Positions 20,694-30,873 of a stretch of 64,000 nt of DNA are shown one piece after another. Each line of letters begins with the position of its first letter. Position 1 is the first letter of the stretch. The DNA is from Ottowia testudinis (GTDB taxonomy: Bacteria; Pseudomonadota; Gammaproteobacteria; Burkholderiales; Burkholderiaceae_C): NCBI RefSeq assembly GCF_017498525.1, contig NZ_CP071796.1, positions 4,098,041-4,162,040 of the forward strand, written 5' to 3'. The position numbers and the translations under genes are program-made. The notes beneath the pieces are model-generated. The model worked only from the letters and a program-made list of their open reading frames with translations. It made no database searches and was not told the DNA's origin.

Positions 20694-22643
20694 ATGACTG
20701 AAATCCGCAACGCCGAAGCCGAGCTGGTGCGCTTTCGCGTGCGCTTGGGCGCGGTGGGGCTGGCGGTGCTGGTGGCGTCCGGCCTGCTGGCGTGGCGGCT
20801 GTATCACCTGCAGGTGCTGCGCCACGACGAGCTGGCGCAGCGCGCCGAGACCAACCGCACGGCGGTGGTGCCGATCGTGCCGCACCGTGGCGAAATCCTC
20901 GACCGCAACGGCGTGGTGCTGGCCACCAACTACAAGGCCTACACGCTCGAGATCACGCCGTCGCGCCTGGGCCGCTCGACCGACGAGGCGATCGACGCCA
21001 TCGCGCAGGTGGTCGAGGTCACGCCGCGCGACCGTCGGCGCTTCAAACGGCTGCAGGAAGACTCGCGCAACTTCGAGTCGCTGCCGATCCGCATGCGCCT
21101 GTCGGACGAGGAAGTGGCGCGCTTTGCCGCCCAGCGCTACCGTTTTCCGGGCGTGGAGATCAAGGCGCGCTTGTTCCGCACCTACCCCATGGGCGAGACC
21201 GGCGCGCACGTGGTGGGCTACATCGGCCGCATCAACCAGAAGGAAAAAGAGCGCATCGACGACTCCGACGACGCGCCCAACTACCGCGGCACCGACTACA
21301 TCGGCAAGCTGGGAGTCGAGGCCAGCTACGAACACATGCTGCACGGCACCACCGGCGTCGAGCAGATGGAAACCTCGGCCGGCGGCTACGCGGTGCGGCG
21401 CCTGGCCAGCCACCCATCGACGCCGGGCGATTCGGTGCGGCTGTCGATCGACATCCAGCTGCAGAAACTGGTCGAGGAAATGTACGGCGAGCGGCGCGGC
21501 GCGCTGGTGGCCATCGACCCCAGCAACGGCGAGATCCTGGCCTTCGTCAGCAAGCCCACCTACGACCCCAACCTGTTCGTCGAGGGCATCGACCACGAGA
21601 GTTGGGACGAGCTGAACAACTCGCTCGACAAGCCGCTGCTCAACCGCGCCATCCGCGGCACCTACCCGCCCGGTTCCACCTACAAGCCGTTCATGGCGCT
21701 GGCCGCGCTGGAGACCGGCAAGCGCACCGCCGGCACCACCATCATGGACGGCGGCTCGTGGACTTTTGGCGGCCACACCTTCCGCTCAGGCCACGCGCTG
21801 GGCGCGGTGGACCTGCACCGCAGCATCGTCAAGTCAAGCAACGTGTACTACTACATGCTGGCCAATGACATGGGGGTGAACCTGATCCACGACTTCATGA
21901 AGCCGCTGGGCTTCGGCCAGGTGACCGGGGTCGACATTCCGGGCGAAACGCGCGGCATCCTGCCGTCGACCGACTGGAAGCGCGCCACCTACCGCAAGCC
22001 CGAGCAACAGAAGTGGTACGCCGGCGAAACCATTTCGCTGGGCATCGGCCAGGGCTACAACAACTTCACCATGCTGCAGCTGGCCAGCGCCACCGCCACG
22101 CTGGCGGCCGGCGGCGTGCGGCACGTGCCGCACCTGGTGAAGGCGCGCCAGGACGCCATGAGCCAGCAGGTGGCCGAAGTGGCGCAGCCGCCGGGCCAGA
22201 ACCTGGGCTACAAGCCGGCCAACGTCGATGCCGTCAAGCGCGGCATGGTCGGCGTCACGCTGGAAGGCACCTCGCGCGGGGTGATGGCCGGCGCGCCCTA
22301 CCTGTCGGGCGGCAAGACCGGCACGGCGCAGGCCGTCACCATCGGCCAGAAGAGCCGCTACAACGCGGCGCGCTTGTCCGAATACCAGCGCGACCATTCC
22401 CTCTACATCGCCTTCGCGCCGGCCGACAACCCGCGCATCGCCGTGGCCGCCATCGTCGAGAACGCCGGCTTTGGCGCCGCCCACGCCGCGCCGCTGGTGC
22501 GCCGCGTGATGGACTACTGGGTGTCCGGCGTGTACCCGAGCGAAGCCGACATCGCCGCCCTGCAGCGCGGCGCCGCCACCGCGCCCATCGGCACGCCGCG
22601 CCGCGTGGCCGACGTGGTGCAGCAGACGCTGGCCGCGCCCTGA
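20694..22643 (+). CDS. mrdA: Penicillin-binding protein 2 (peptidoglycan D,D-transpeptidase MrdA)
   Basis: 649 aa. STYKPF (SxxK), SSN and KTG motifs are present. Confidence 0.95.
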   Translation: MTEIRNAEAELVRFRVRLGAVGLAVLVASGLLAWRLYHLQVLRHDELAQRAETNRTAVVPIVPHRGEILDRNGVVLATNYKAYTLEITPSRLGRSTDEAIDAIAQVVEVTPRDRRRFKRLQEDSRNFESLPIRMRLSDEEVARFAAQRYRFPGVEIKARLFRTYPMGETGAHVVGYIGRINQKEKERIDDSDDAPNYRGTDYIGKLGVEASYEHMLHGTTGVEQMETSAGGYAVRRLASHPSTPGDSVRLSIDIQLQKLVEEMYGERRGALVAIDPSNGEILAFVSKPTYDPNLFVEGIDHESWDELNNSLDKPLLNRAIRGTYPPGSTYKPFMALAALETGKRTAGTTIMDGGSWTFGGHTFRSGHALGAVDLHRSIVKSSNVYYYMLANDMGVNLIHDFMKPLGFGQVTGVDIPGETRGILPSTDWKRATYRKPEQQKWYAGETISLGIGQGYNNFTMLQLASATATLAAGGVRHVPHLVKARQDAMSQQVAEVAQPPGQNLGYKPANVDAVKRGMVGVTLEGTSRGVMAGAPYLSGGKTGTAQAVTIGQKSRYNAARLSEYQRDHSLYIAFAPADNPRIAVAAIVENAGFGAAHAAPLVRRVMDYWVSGVYPSEADIAALQRGAATAPIGTPRRVADVVQQTLAAP

Positions 22644-22688
22644 GCGGCGCCGCCGATGCGCGGGTGGTGCATGCAGCGCAGCTATCGA

Positions 22689-22707
22689 GTCAATTGAAAC
22701 TATTGAC
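22689..22707. promoter_or_regulatory. Inverted repeat GTCAAT-n7-ATTGAC upstream of katA, nested in a larger TGCATGCAG...CTGCATGCA palindrome
   Basis: Seen directly in the sequence. A possible regulator site (e.g. OxyR-type) or a degenerate family A copy. Function not established. Confidence 0.25.
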
Positions 22708-22795
22708 TTCTGCATGCAATCCATTTTCCCTATGATTGATGCAGCGGCCGTACCAACGGCCTTGTCAGCGTCATCACCCCCAAGGAGCCAAGCCC

Positions 22796-24334
22796 ATGAG
22801 CGACGACACCAAGAAATGCCCCGTGACCCACTTGACCACCGACTTCGGTGCGCCGGTGTCCACCAACCGCAACAGCCTCACCGCCGGCCCGCGCGGCCCG
22901 CTGCTGGCGCAGGACGTGTGGCTGAACGAGAAGCTGGCCAACTTCGTGCGCGAGGTGATCCCCGAGCGGCGCATGCACGCCAAGGGCTCGGGCGCCTTCG
23001 GCACCTTCACCGTCACGCGCGACATCACCAAGTACACGCGCGCCAAGATCTTCAGCCAAGTCGGCAAGAAGACGGAGATGTTCGCCCGCTTCACCACGGT
23101 GGCCGGTGAGCGCGGCGCGGCCGATGCCGAGCGCGACATCCGCGGCTTTGCCCTCAAGTTCTACACCGAAGAAGGCAACTGGGACATGGTGGGCAACAAC
23201 ACGCCCGTGTTCTTCATCCGCGACCCACGCCAGTTCCCCGACCTGAACAAGGCCGTCAAGCGCGACCCCAAGACCAACATGCGCAGCAAGCGCAACAACT
23301 GGGACTGGTGGACGCTCAACCCCGAGGCGCTGCACCAGGTCACCATCGTCATGAGCGACCGCGGCATCCCCAAGAGCTACCGCCACATGCACGGCTTCAG
23401 CTCTCATACTTATAGCTTCTGGAACAAGGATGGCGAGCGCTTCTGGGTCAAGATGCACTTCCGCACGCAGCAGGGCATCGAGAACCTGAGCAACGCCGAA
23501 GCCGAAGCCGTGGTCGCCAAGGACCGCGAGAGCAACCAGAAGGACTTGTTCGAATCCATTGAGAAAGGCGACTTCCCCAAGTGGAAGATGTACATCCAGG
23601 TCATGCCCGAGATGGACGCTGAGAAGTACCGCCTGCACCCGTTCGATCTGACCAAGGTCTGGTACAAGGGCGACTACCCGCTGATCGAGGTCGGCGAGTT
23701 CGAACTGAACAAGAATCCCGAGAACTTCTTTGCCGACGTTGAGCAGGTGGCGTTCGCGCCCGGCAACCTGGTGCCCGGCATTGGCGCCAGCCCCGACCGC
23801 ATGCTGCAATCGCGCCTGTTCAACTACGCCGACGCGCAGCGCTACCGCTTGGGCACCAACTACCAGCAGATTCCCGTCAACCAGGCGCGCTGTCCCGTCA
23901 ACAGCAACCACCGCGACGGCATCGGCCGCGTGGACGGCAACTACGGCGGCCTGCCGCACTACGAGCCCAACAGCTTCGGCCAGTGGCAGGCGCAGCCCGA
24001 GTTCATGGAGCCGCCGCTCAAGCTCACCGGCGACGCCGCGCACTGGAGCTTTCACGAAGACGACAGCAACTACTTCGAGCAACCCGGCAAGCTGTTCCGC
24101 CTGATGACGCCCGCGCAGCAGCAGGCCCTGTTCGACAACACCGCCACCGACATGAACGCGGACGGCACCACGCCCGAGTTCGTCAAGTTCCGCCACATCC
24201 GCAACTGCCACGCCGCCGACCCGGCGTATGGCGCGGGCGTGGCCAAGGCGCTGGGCATTGATCTGCAAAAGGCGCTGGCCTCGCAGAAGGACGACCCGAT
24301 GTACGGCAACCCGCTGGTGTCGCTGCCGGTGTAA
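22796..24334 (+). CDS. katA: Monofunctional haem catalase
   Basis: Shine-Dalgarno AAGGAG. Catalase motifs RERIPERVVHAKG-like ([13 protein letters not shown]) and the haem-ligand region. Confidence 0.95.
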   Translation: MSDDTKKCPVTHLTTDFGAPVSTNRNSLTAGPRGPLLAQDVWLNEKLANFVREVIPERRMHAKGSGAFGTFTVTRDITKYTRAKIFSQVGKKTEMFARFTTVAGERGAADAERDIRGFALKFYTEEGNWDMVGNNTPVFFIRDPRQFPDLNKAVKRDPKTNMRSKRNNWDWWTLNPEALHQVTIVMSDRGIPKSYRHMHGFSSHTYSFWNKDGERFWVKMHFRTQQGIENLSNAEAEAVVAKDRESNQKDLFESIEKGDFPKWKMYIQVMPEMDAEKYRLHPFDLTKVWYKGDYPLIEVGEFELNKNPENFFADVEQVAFAPGNLVPGIGASPDRMLQSRLFNYADAQRYRLGTNYQQIPVNQARCPVNSNHRDGIGRVDGNYGGLPHYEPNSFGQWQAQPEFMEPPLKLTGDAAHWSFHEDDSNYFEQPGKLFRLMTPAQQQALFDNTATDMNADGTTPEFVKFRHIRNCHAADPAYGAGVAKALGIDLQKALASQKDDPMYGNPLVSLPV

Positions 24335-24337
24335 ACA

Positions 24338-24408
24338 CCGTAGGGTGAGTGCTTGCACCCACGCGCGACAGCCAGTCCCCGCGTGGGTGCAAAGCACCCA
24401 CCCTACGG
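24338..24408. terminator. Family D long palindrome D1 (28-bp stem CCGTAGGGTGAGTGCTTGCACCCACGCG / complement)
   Basis: Near-perfect hairpin 4 bp after the katA stop. It lies between the convergent katA and giant ATPase genes and is a likely bidirectional terminator. No U-tract follows. Confidence 0.5.
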
Positions 24409-24416
24409 GGATGAAA

Positions 24417-24472
24417 TGGACTGCTGGCGCTTGTCCAGCAAGCGCCAGTAGCTATTCAAATAATAGCAACCA
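24417..24472. repeat. Family A repeat (GGACTGCTGGCGCTTGTCCAGCAAGCGCCAGTAGCT + ATTCAAATAATAGCAACCA)
   Basis: Immediately downstream of the giant ATPase stop. Confidence 0.75.
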
Positions 24473-24487
24473 TGCGTATGGCCCGTT

Positions 24488-27400
24488 TCACGGCCGCTTG
24501 CGCGCCTCCAGCTGCTCGAACTCCGCCTCCAGCCGCTGCACCTGCTGGTGCAGTTGCGCGTCTTCGCCCACGCGGGTTTCGATGGCGCGCACCAGGGGCA
24601 GGATGAGCTGGCGGTAGGTGACGGACAGCGACAGCAGCGCATCCACCATGCTTTGCTCCTTGGCGCGGTCGCTGTGCTGGTGCAGGGTCTGGGTGCTGGC
24701 TTGCAGGGCGCGCAGGGCGGCGGCGCTGGCGTCCAGGCTGGCGCGCAAATCGGTTTGGGCCTGGGTGTTGCCGTCTTGCAGGTGGCGCGCCAGCTCGGCC
24801 AGGGCGGCGAGCGACGGGGCCAGTTGCGCCTCCAGCTGCGCCAGCCGCTCCTGGCCGCCGGCCTGCTGGCGTGCCAGCACGGCCAGCGGACTGGCCAGGC
24901 GCACGCCCAGTTGGTCGAAGGCAGCGCTGGCCTGGCTGACCAGGTCGGCGGGCTTGAGGGCGTCGACGCTACGCGCGATGTCGAGCAGGCCGCTGGTCAC
25001 GCGCAGGGCCGGGTCGTCTTCGGCGCCGCCGAGCTTTTTCAGCCGCTGGTAGTCGCCCTGAATCTGCTGCCAGCGCGCGGCCTCGTCGGCGCTGGGCTGG
25101 CCGATGAGGTGCGCGAGTTGCAGCAGGTTTTCTTCGGCGCCGGTGGTCAGCGTCTGCGCCTCGCCGCGGTAGTGGTCGCGCAGCAGCGCGTTCATTTCGG
25201 GCGCGGTCATCAGCGGCGTGATCTGCGGCGCCAGCCGCGCCATGTTGCGGTAGCTGCCTTGCAGCTTGAAGGGCGGCGCCTGGCGGTAGCGGTCGTCCTG
25301 CGCGGCCGACTGGATGTAGGCCAGGTTCACTTTCAATAGCACGTCGCGCGCTTGCATCAAGCGCTGGAGCAGGTTTTTGATCTCCTCCAGCTCCACCGTG
25401 CTGTAGGGGTGCGCGAGTTGCGCGGGATCGATCGGCTCGCCTTGCGCCAGGCGCACCAGCAGTTGCACGTCTTTCGCCTCGCGCGCGGCCAGCGGCAGGG
25501 TGACGGGGTTGGCCGTCAGGCTGTTTTCGATGTACGACAGCGCAAACACCGCCTCGCGGCCGGAGAGAACGTCGCCCAGGTTGTAGATGTCGGCGCGGTT
25601 GGCCAGCATGTCGGGGATGCGGAAGGCCTCGCCCGATTCGGTGTAGGGGTTGCCGGCCATCACCACGGCAAAGCGCTTGCCGCGCAGGTCCCAGGTGCGC
25701 GCTTGGCCGCCCCACACGCCTTCGATGCGGCGCGTGCCGTCGGCCAGGGCGATGAACTTCTGCAAAAACTCGGGGTGCGTGTGCTGGATGTCGTCCACAT
25801 ACAGCATCACGTTGCTGCCCATCGCTAGCCCTAAGTTGAGCTTTTCCAGCTCCAGCCGCGCGGCGCTGTTGGGCGCGGTGGCGGGGTCGATGCTGGTCAC
25901 CGCGTGGCCCAACGCCGGGCCGTTGATGCGCACGAACACCAGGCCCAGCCGGTCGGCGATGTATTCCATCAGCGTGGTCTTGCCGTAGCCGGGCGGCGAG
26001 ATGAGCAGCAGCAGGCCCGAGCGGTCGGCGCGCCCGGCCTCGCCCGCGGCGCCGATCTGCTTGGCCAGGTTGGCGCCGATCAGCGGCAAATACACCTCAT
26101 CGATCAGCCGGTTGCGCACAAAGCCGGCCATGGGCTTGGCCTGGAACTGCGCCAGCTGCAGGCGCTCGCGCTCGGCGGCCAGCAGGTCGTGGCGCAGCGC
26201 TTGCAGCGCCTGCATGCCGGGCAGCGCGTGGGCGCGGTGGTGGCGCACGCGGCGCCAGAAGTCGTTCAAGTCCAGCGCCAGCATGCCCTCGGCAATGCGC
26301 GGGTGCTCGCTGCGCAGGCCGTGCACCTGCGCTTGCAGCGGCGCGTTGACGCGCTGGCGCGGCGCGTCGACGGCCAGTTGCGTGGCGGCGTCGTCGGTGC
26401 TGGCGCGCCACAGGGCGGCGTCATCACCTTGCTGCGACAGCACAAAGGCCAGCACCCATTGGCGCGCCAGGCGCCAGCGCTCCAGCGGGTCGGCGGCGGC
26501 CATGTCGCGCTGCCAGGCGGCGCGCTGGCCGCCCTGGTCGAGCGCGCGCTCCAGCGCGGCGGCCAGGTCTTGGCCGGCGGCGCTGATGACCCATTGCATC
26601 GGCGTGCTGGCCAGTTGCTCGGGCGCGGCGCTTTGGCCTTCCAGCGCGGCCAGCTCGCGCACCAGGTAGGCGGCGGCTTCCTGGCACAGGGTGTCGCGGG
26701 CCTCGTCGATCGCTACGCTTTCAATAGCTGGTTGCGCAAGCCACTCGTGGACAAAGGCCGGATTGGATTCAAAAAACGCCGTCAGCAGCGTGGCGGCTTC
26801 GCCCTCCAGCACGCGGCGCGGCGCGTCTTGCGCGAACAGCTCGGCCATCTGGCGCGCAGCGCGGGAGCGGCGCGCCAGCGACTGGCGCTGCTCGTCGCGC
26901 AGGCCGTTGTGCCAAGCCAGCAACGCCAGCGCGCGGGCTGCGGGGCCGTACACCAGCAGGCCGGCGGCCGCCTGCAAGGGTGCCAGCGCACGCACGATGG
27001 CCAGCGCGTCGTCGTCGTGAATGCCGCGCTGGTAGCCCTCCTGATATCGCGCGGCGGCAAAGCGGCGCAGCGGCTCCAGCAGCGCGGGCGGGGGCGGCTC
27101 GCCGGCGGGCCATTCGGCCAGCTGCGCCAGCAGCGCGGGCCAGCCGGGTTCGGCGCCGGCTTGCAGCGCGTCGAGCCACTCGGCGGCCAGGTATTCGGCG
27201 CGCGCCAGTTGCGGCGTTTCGGACACCAGGGTTTGCTGCCAGTACGGGCGCAGCGCCTGAAGCCGCGCATCGCTCACGGGCGCCACGTAGTCGGTGCCGG
27301 TGATCTGCCAGGCCAGGCCCTCTTGCCCATTGTCCGCGTGGGCCACCAGCGTCAGGTCGATCGGCTGGCGGTTGACGGTGAAGGCGTGCGCGCCCAGTTG

Positions 27401-30088
27401 AATGTCGCCCGCGCCGCCGGCGCTGGACAGATCGCGCTGGTCGCGTACGCTGCGCACGGCCTGCTCTTGCGCGGCCTTCAGGCGCGTGGCCAGGTCGTCG
27501 GCGGCCACGGCCGCGCCCAGGCGGCGCAGCTCGGCAATCTGCTCGCGCAGCTTGGCCAGCATGGGGTCAGCGGCGAAGTAGCTGTGCACCTGCGCCAGCT
27601 CGGCCATGCCGGCCACGCGGCGCGGCACGCCGTCGAGAATGCGGCCGGCCGCGTCTGCCAGCGCCTTGGCGCGGCGCTGGCGCGCATCGAGCAGGCTCTG
27701 GCGGCGCGCGGCCAGTGCCTCGTACACCGATTCGCGCTTGGCGGCGATGTCAGCGAGGAAGTCTTCCTGCTCGGCAAAGCGGGCTTCGATTTCTTCCAGC
27801 TGCGCCAGCAGGCGGGTCAGCGCCTCGTCGCACTTTTCGGGCGTGTCGGCCAGCTCCAGCGCGTTTTCGACCGCCTGGCCGAACAGCTTGAACTGCGCGC
27901 CAAATTCGGCCCGCTGCTCGGCCGCGCCCAGACTGCGGCGGCGCTGGCGCGCATCGGCACGCAGGCGGTTGATGTCGGCATACAGCAGCGCAATGCGGTC
28001 GAGGATGGCGGTGCGCTGCACGGCGTTGCCGCCAGGCAGGCTGCCGAGTTGCTCGCTCAATAGATCGAGGCCGGCGGCCTGCTCGTCCAAGGCTTTGAGC
28101 AACTCGCCGATGTGGGTGGCGGTGGCGGCGCCGGGCAGCTCGGCGGCGATCTGGGTCAGGGCTTTTTGCTGGCCGTCGAACGCCTTGTCGTCGCTTAAAA
28201 AAACCAGCGCGCGCTCGCCCACGCGCTGCTGCTCGGCGGCCAGCTGCTGCGCCATGCGGTCCACGCGGGGCAAATCGGCATAGCGCAGTTCGCGCAGCGT
28301 GTGCAGCTCGCCCTGGCGCTGGCGCAGGTGGTTGAGCGCGTGCACAAAGTCGGCCGGCGCGCGCCACATCTGCGCCGCCAGCTCGCCCAGCAGTTCGCGC
28401 TGCTGGCTCTCGGCGCGGTCGAAGGCGCGCGCGGTGTCGGCGCGGATGGTTTCGACTTTCTCGAACTCGGCCAGCGTGCCCTGCGCGCCCTGCTCGATGG
28501 CGGCCAGGTCTTGCGCGGCGTCTTGCGCCTCGGGCGCGTCGAGCCAGAAGTAAGCGTCGCGCGCGCGCTGGCACTGGCGGATCAGGTCGTCGTACGCGGT
28601 GCGCGTGGCCGCCTGCTCGCGCAGCGCGCGGGCGATGCCCATCAGGTCCGACACGCCGCGCACCAGATCGGGGTTGCCCACCCGGCCAAAAAAGCCGTGG
28701 CCCGCCGGTTGCGCCGCCGCGTATTCGTCGTGCGCGAACGGCGTTTGCCACAGCTGCATGGGGTGCAGCCGCGTGGCCTCGCCCGCCGTGGCCTGGAACA
28801 CCAGCATGCGGCCGTCGGCAAAGCGCGCGTAGCCATCGGCCAGGATGGGCGCGGCCAGGCGCTTGTCGATCAGGTTGTAGGTGAACAGGGCGTACACGCC
28901 CGCATCCGGCGCGCCGCCGCCCGCGGCGCCCGCCGGCGCATCGAGCGCGCCGTAGAAGATGTAGACCACGTCTTCGCCGTTGGGCGAACGCAGCATGCGC
29001 ACATAGCGCAGCGCGGCGGCCAGATCGGGCGCCAGGTCAAAGCGCTTGTGCTCGCCCGATTGCAGGTAGTAGCCGCCCGGAAAAATAATGCCGTGGTCTT
29101 CAGGCAGCTGCACGCACGAGGCGCCGATGGCGTCGATGCGCGCCACCTCGCGCGTGCGCTCGTTGAACACCAGATAGCGCACCGCCGTCTCGCGGTAGGG
29201 CTTGATGCGCAGCAAAATCAATCGCCCCAGCCGCGCGTAGGCGATCTCGGCGTCGCCCAGGGCCTGGTTGGCGTCATCCACCGGCTCGCTGTAGATGCCA
29301 AGACCGGTTTCGGTGTTGTTCTCCACCTTCACCGTCAGGTCGCCGCCGGTGGTTTCGACGAACACGGTGTCGAGGATATTGATGTGCGGGTGGCGTCCGC
29401 CCACGTGCTGCTCGCGCGTGACGGGCGTCCAGTCGAAATCGTGGCTGGCCGGCGGGGCGATGTCGCGCTCGCCCCGGTTGTCGACGTAGGTGGGCTCGCC
29501 ATTGGCCTCGATGCGCCAGCGGAACACGCGGATGTCGCTGCGCTGCGCGCCGATCTGGAACGCGGCCAGCAGCCAGTCGTTGGTCACGCGCAGCATTTGC
29601 AGCGTGGCCTGCTTGTAATAGGTGGTCAGCTCGCTGAAATCGGCCTTGAAGCGTGCATCGTCGAGGAAGCTGCCCGCCAGCGGCACCGGCAGCAGTTCAT
29701 CGGCAGCGCCCGCCTCGGCCTGCGCCTCGCCCGCCTCGTGGTGCACCAAGTCGTACAGCGCGAACACGTCGCCCACGGTGGTTTCGCGCCGCAGCCCCAG
29801 AAACACGTTGAAGCCCAGCAGCACGCGGTCGGCGCCGATGCGCACGATGTCGCGCGGCACGCAGGCGTGCTCGGTGTGCGCGCGGGTGCGCAGCAGCAGG
29901 CGCTGCTCCTGCTGGCCAAACGCATCGAGCCGCGCCGCGTTCAGCGCCTGCGCCTTGGCCAGCAGCGCATCGCCCTGCGCTTGCAGGCGCTTGCGGAGCA
30001 ACTCGTAGCTGCTGCTGGCGGCGACGGCGGAGTCGATGGCCGACGCGTCGGCATCCGGGGCGGGTGTGACATCAATGGCGTCGGGCAT
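24488..30088 (-). CDS. Giant multidomain AAA+ ATPase (about 1866 aa), mostly helical and low-complexity, with one MoxR/AAA_5-like ATPase module near residue 1400
   Basis: Walker A LLLISPPGYGKTTL, Walker B VMLYVDDIQH, sensor-1 VVMAGNP and arginine motif DMLANRADIY. The rest is Ala/Leu/Gln/Arg/Glu-rich, consistent with long coiled coils. The six-frame ORF begins at TTG 30097; the first ATG is 30088. Confidence 0.85.
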   Translation of the reverse strand: MPDAIDVTPAPDADASAIDSAVAASSSYELLRKRLQAQGDALLAKAQALNAARLDAFGQQEQRLLLRTRAHTEHACVPRDIVRIGADRVLLGFNVFLGLRRETTVGDVFALYDLVHHEAGEAQAEAGAADELLPVPLAGSFLDDARFKADFSELTTYYKQATLQMLRVTNDWLLAAFQIGAQRSDIRVFRWRIEANGEPTYVDNRGERDIAPPASHDFDWTPVTREQHVGGRHPHINILDTVFVETTGGDLTVKVENNTETGLGIYSEPVDDANQALGDAEIAYARLGRLILLRIKPYRETAVRYLVFNERTREVARIDAIGASCVQLPEDHGIIFPGGYYLQSGEHKRFDLAPDLAAALRYVRMLRSPNGEDVVYIFYGALDAPAGAAGGGAPDAGVYALFTYNLIDKRLAAPILADGYARFADGRMLVFQATAGEATRLHPMQLWQTPFAHDEYAAAQPAGHGFFGRVGNPDLVRGVSDLMGIARALREQAATRTAYDDLIRQCQRARDAYFWLDAPEAQDAAQDLAAIEQGAQGTLAEFEKVETIRADTARAFDRAESQQRELLGELAAQMWRAPADFVHALNHLRQRQGELHTLRELRYADLPRVDRMAQQLAAEQQRVGERALVFLSDDKAFDGQQKALTQIAAELPGAATATHIGELLKALDEQAAGLDLLSEQLGSLPGGNAVQRTAILDRIALLYADINRLRADARQRRRSLGAAEQRAEFGAQFKLFGQAVENALELADTPEKCDEALTRLLAQLEEIEARFAEQEDFLADIAAKRESVYEALAARRQSLLDARQRRAKALADAAGRILDGVPRRVAGMAELAQVHSYFAADPMLAKLREQIAELRRLGAAVAADDLATRLKAAQEQAVRSVRDQRDLSSAGGAGDIQLGAHAFTVNRQPIDLTLVAHADNGQEGLAWQITGTDYVAPVSDARLQALRPYWQQTLVSETPQLARAEYLAAEWLDALQAGAEPGWPALLAQLAEWPAGEPPPPALLEPLRRFAAARYQEGYQRGIHDDDALAIVRALAPLQAAAGLLVYGPAARALALLAWHNGLRDEQRQSLARRSRAARQMAELFAQDAPRRVLEGEAATLLTAFFESNPAFVHEWLAQPAIESVAIDEARDTLCQEAAAYLVRELAALEGQSAAPEQLASTPMQWVISAAGQDLAAALERALDQGGQRAAWQRDMAAADPLERWRLARQWVLAFVLSQQGDDAALWRASTDDAATQLAVDAPRQRVNAPLQAQVHGLRSEHPRIAEGMLALDLNDFWRRVRHHRAHALPGMQALQALRHDLLAAERERLQLAQFQAKPMAGFVRNRLIDEVYLPLIGANLAKQIGAAGEAGRADRSGLLLLISPPGYGKTTLMEYIADRLGLVFVRINGPALGHAVTSIDPATAPNSAARLELEKLNLGLAMGSNVMLYVDDIQHTHPEFLQKFIALADGTRRIEGVWGGQARTWDLRGKRFAVVMAGNPYTESGEAFRIPDMLANRADIYNLGDVLSGREAVFALSYIENSLTANPVTLPLAAREAKDVQLLVRLAQGEPIDPAQLAHPYSTVELEEIKNLLQRLMQARDVLLKVNLAYIQSAAQDDRYRQAPPFKLQGSYRNMARLAPQITPLMTAPEMNALLRDHYRGEAQTLTTGAEENLLQLAHLIGQPSADEAARWQQIQGDYQRLKKLGGAEDDPALRVTSGLLDIARSVDALKPADLVSQASAAFDQLGVRLASPLAVLARQQAGGQERLAQLEAQLAPSLAALAELARHLQDGNTQAQTDLRASLDASAAALRALQASTQTLHQHSDRAKEQSMVDALLSLSVTYRQLILPLVRAIETRVGEDAQLHQQVQRLEAEFEQLEARKRP

Positions 30089-30105
30089 GATTTTCAATCA
30101 AATGG

Positions 30106-30154
30106 GCTGCTTGTCCTTGAGCAATCAGCGCAAGCAGCTATCAATAAAATAGTG
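30106..30154. repeat. Family A repeat (GCTGCTTG-n-CAAGCAGCTATCAATAAAATAGTG)
   Basis: Between the giant ATPase start and the D2 palindrome. Confidence 0.6.
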
Positions 30155-30164
30155 AACGAGCCCT

Positions 30165-30235
30165 AGCGTAGGGCGGGCACTTGTGCCCGCGCGGGCGCTA
30201 CCGGTGCGCGCGGGCATGAATGCCCGCCCTACGCG
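30165..30235. repeat. Family D palindrome D2 (CGTAGGGCGGGCA ... TGCCCGCCCTACG with nested GCCCGCGCGGGC palindromes)
   Basis: A strong nested hairpin between the zinc-ribbon gene stop and the giant ATPase start. It shares the CGTAGGG/CCCTACG termini with D1. Confidence 0.6.
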
Positions 30236-30237
30236 GG

Positions 30238-30792
30238 TCATGGCCCCAGCGGCTCGGGCGAGCGCAGCAAGGCCAGCAGTTCATCGCGGTGCGGCTGCTC
30301 CGCCAGCCAATGCTGGATGCGCACGATCTCGTCGATGCAGGCGTCGCCGTGGCGCTGGCGCAAAGCCTGCATGCGGCTGGCCTGCAAACGCTCGGCTTGC
30401 AGGCGGCGCTGGCCGCCGTCGGACAGCAGCGCGTCCAGGTGCAACGCCAGGCCGCTTTGCATCAGCGCCGGCCATTCGCCGGCGTCCAGCCACAGGTGCT
30501 GGCAGGGCCCGCAACGGTCGATGCGGAACGCGGCGCCCGCGTCCACCGACAGGCGCTCCATCAGGCGCGCACAGGCGGGGCACGGGCGGGCGCGGGTGTG
30601 GTCGGCGGCGGTCGTCGCCAAGGGCGCGTGGGCATCGGACGCCGGCTGCGCGCCGCGCCAGCGCCGCCAGTCGTCCATCTTCAGCAGCACGGCGCCGCAG
30701 TCGGGGCAGGTGGCGGCGAACAAACCCGGCTCCAGCGTGGTGGGCTTGAGCAGGCTGTGGGCGGCGCAGTCGCAGTGGAGGTTGGCGGTCAT
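30238..30792 (-). CDS. Zinc-ribbon protein with four CxxC pairs (about 185 aa)
   Basis: CDC, CPDCGAV, CPACARL and CGPCQHL. An alternative upstream start is at 30837. Confidence 0.6.
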   Translation of the reverse strand: MTANLHCDCAAHSLLKPTTLEPGLFAATCPDCGAVLLKMDDWRRWRGAQPASDAHAPLATTAADHTRARPCPACARLMERLSVDAGAAFRIDRCGPCQHLWLDAGEWPALMQSGLALHLDALLSDGGQRRLQAERLQASRMQALRQRHGDACIDEIVRIQHWLAEQPHRDELLALLRSPEPLGP

Positions 30793-30873
30793 GGGCTGTC
30801 TTTCATGGCGCGGTGTGCGGGCGAGGCGATAACGCATCCGGCCCAGCCCACCGCCTATTTTTGGGTCAAATCA

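Noticed and set aside
30183-30749. Arg-rich 188-aa plus-strand ORF over the D2 palindrome and zinc-ribbon gene
   Set aside because: It is antisense to the zinc-ribbon gene and shows extreme Arg/Ala/Gly bias, so it is spurious.
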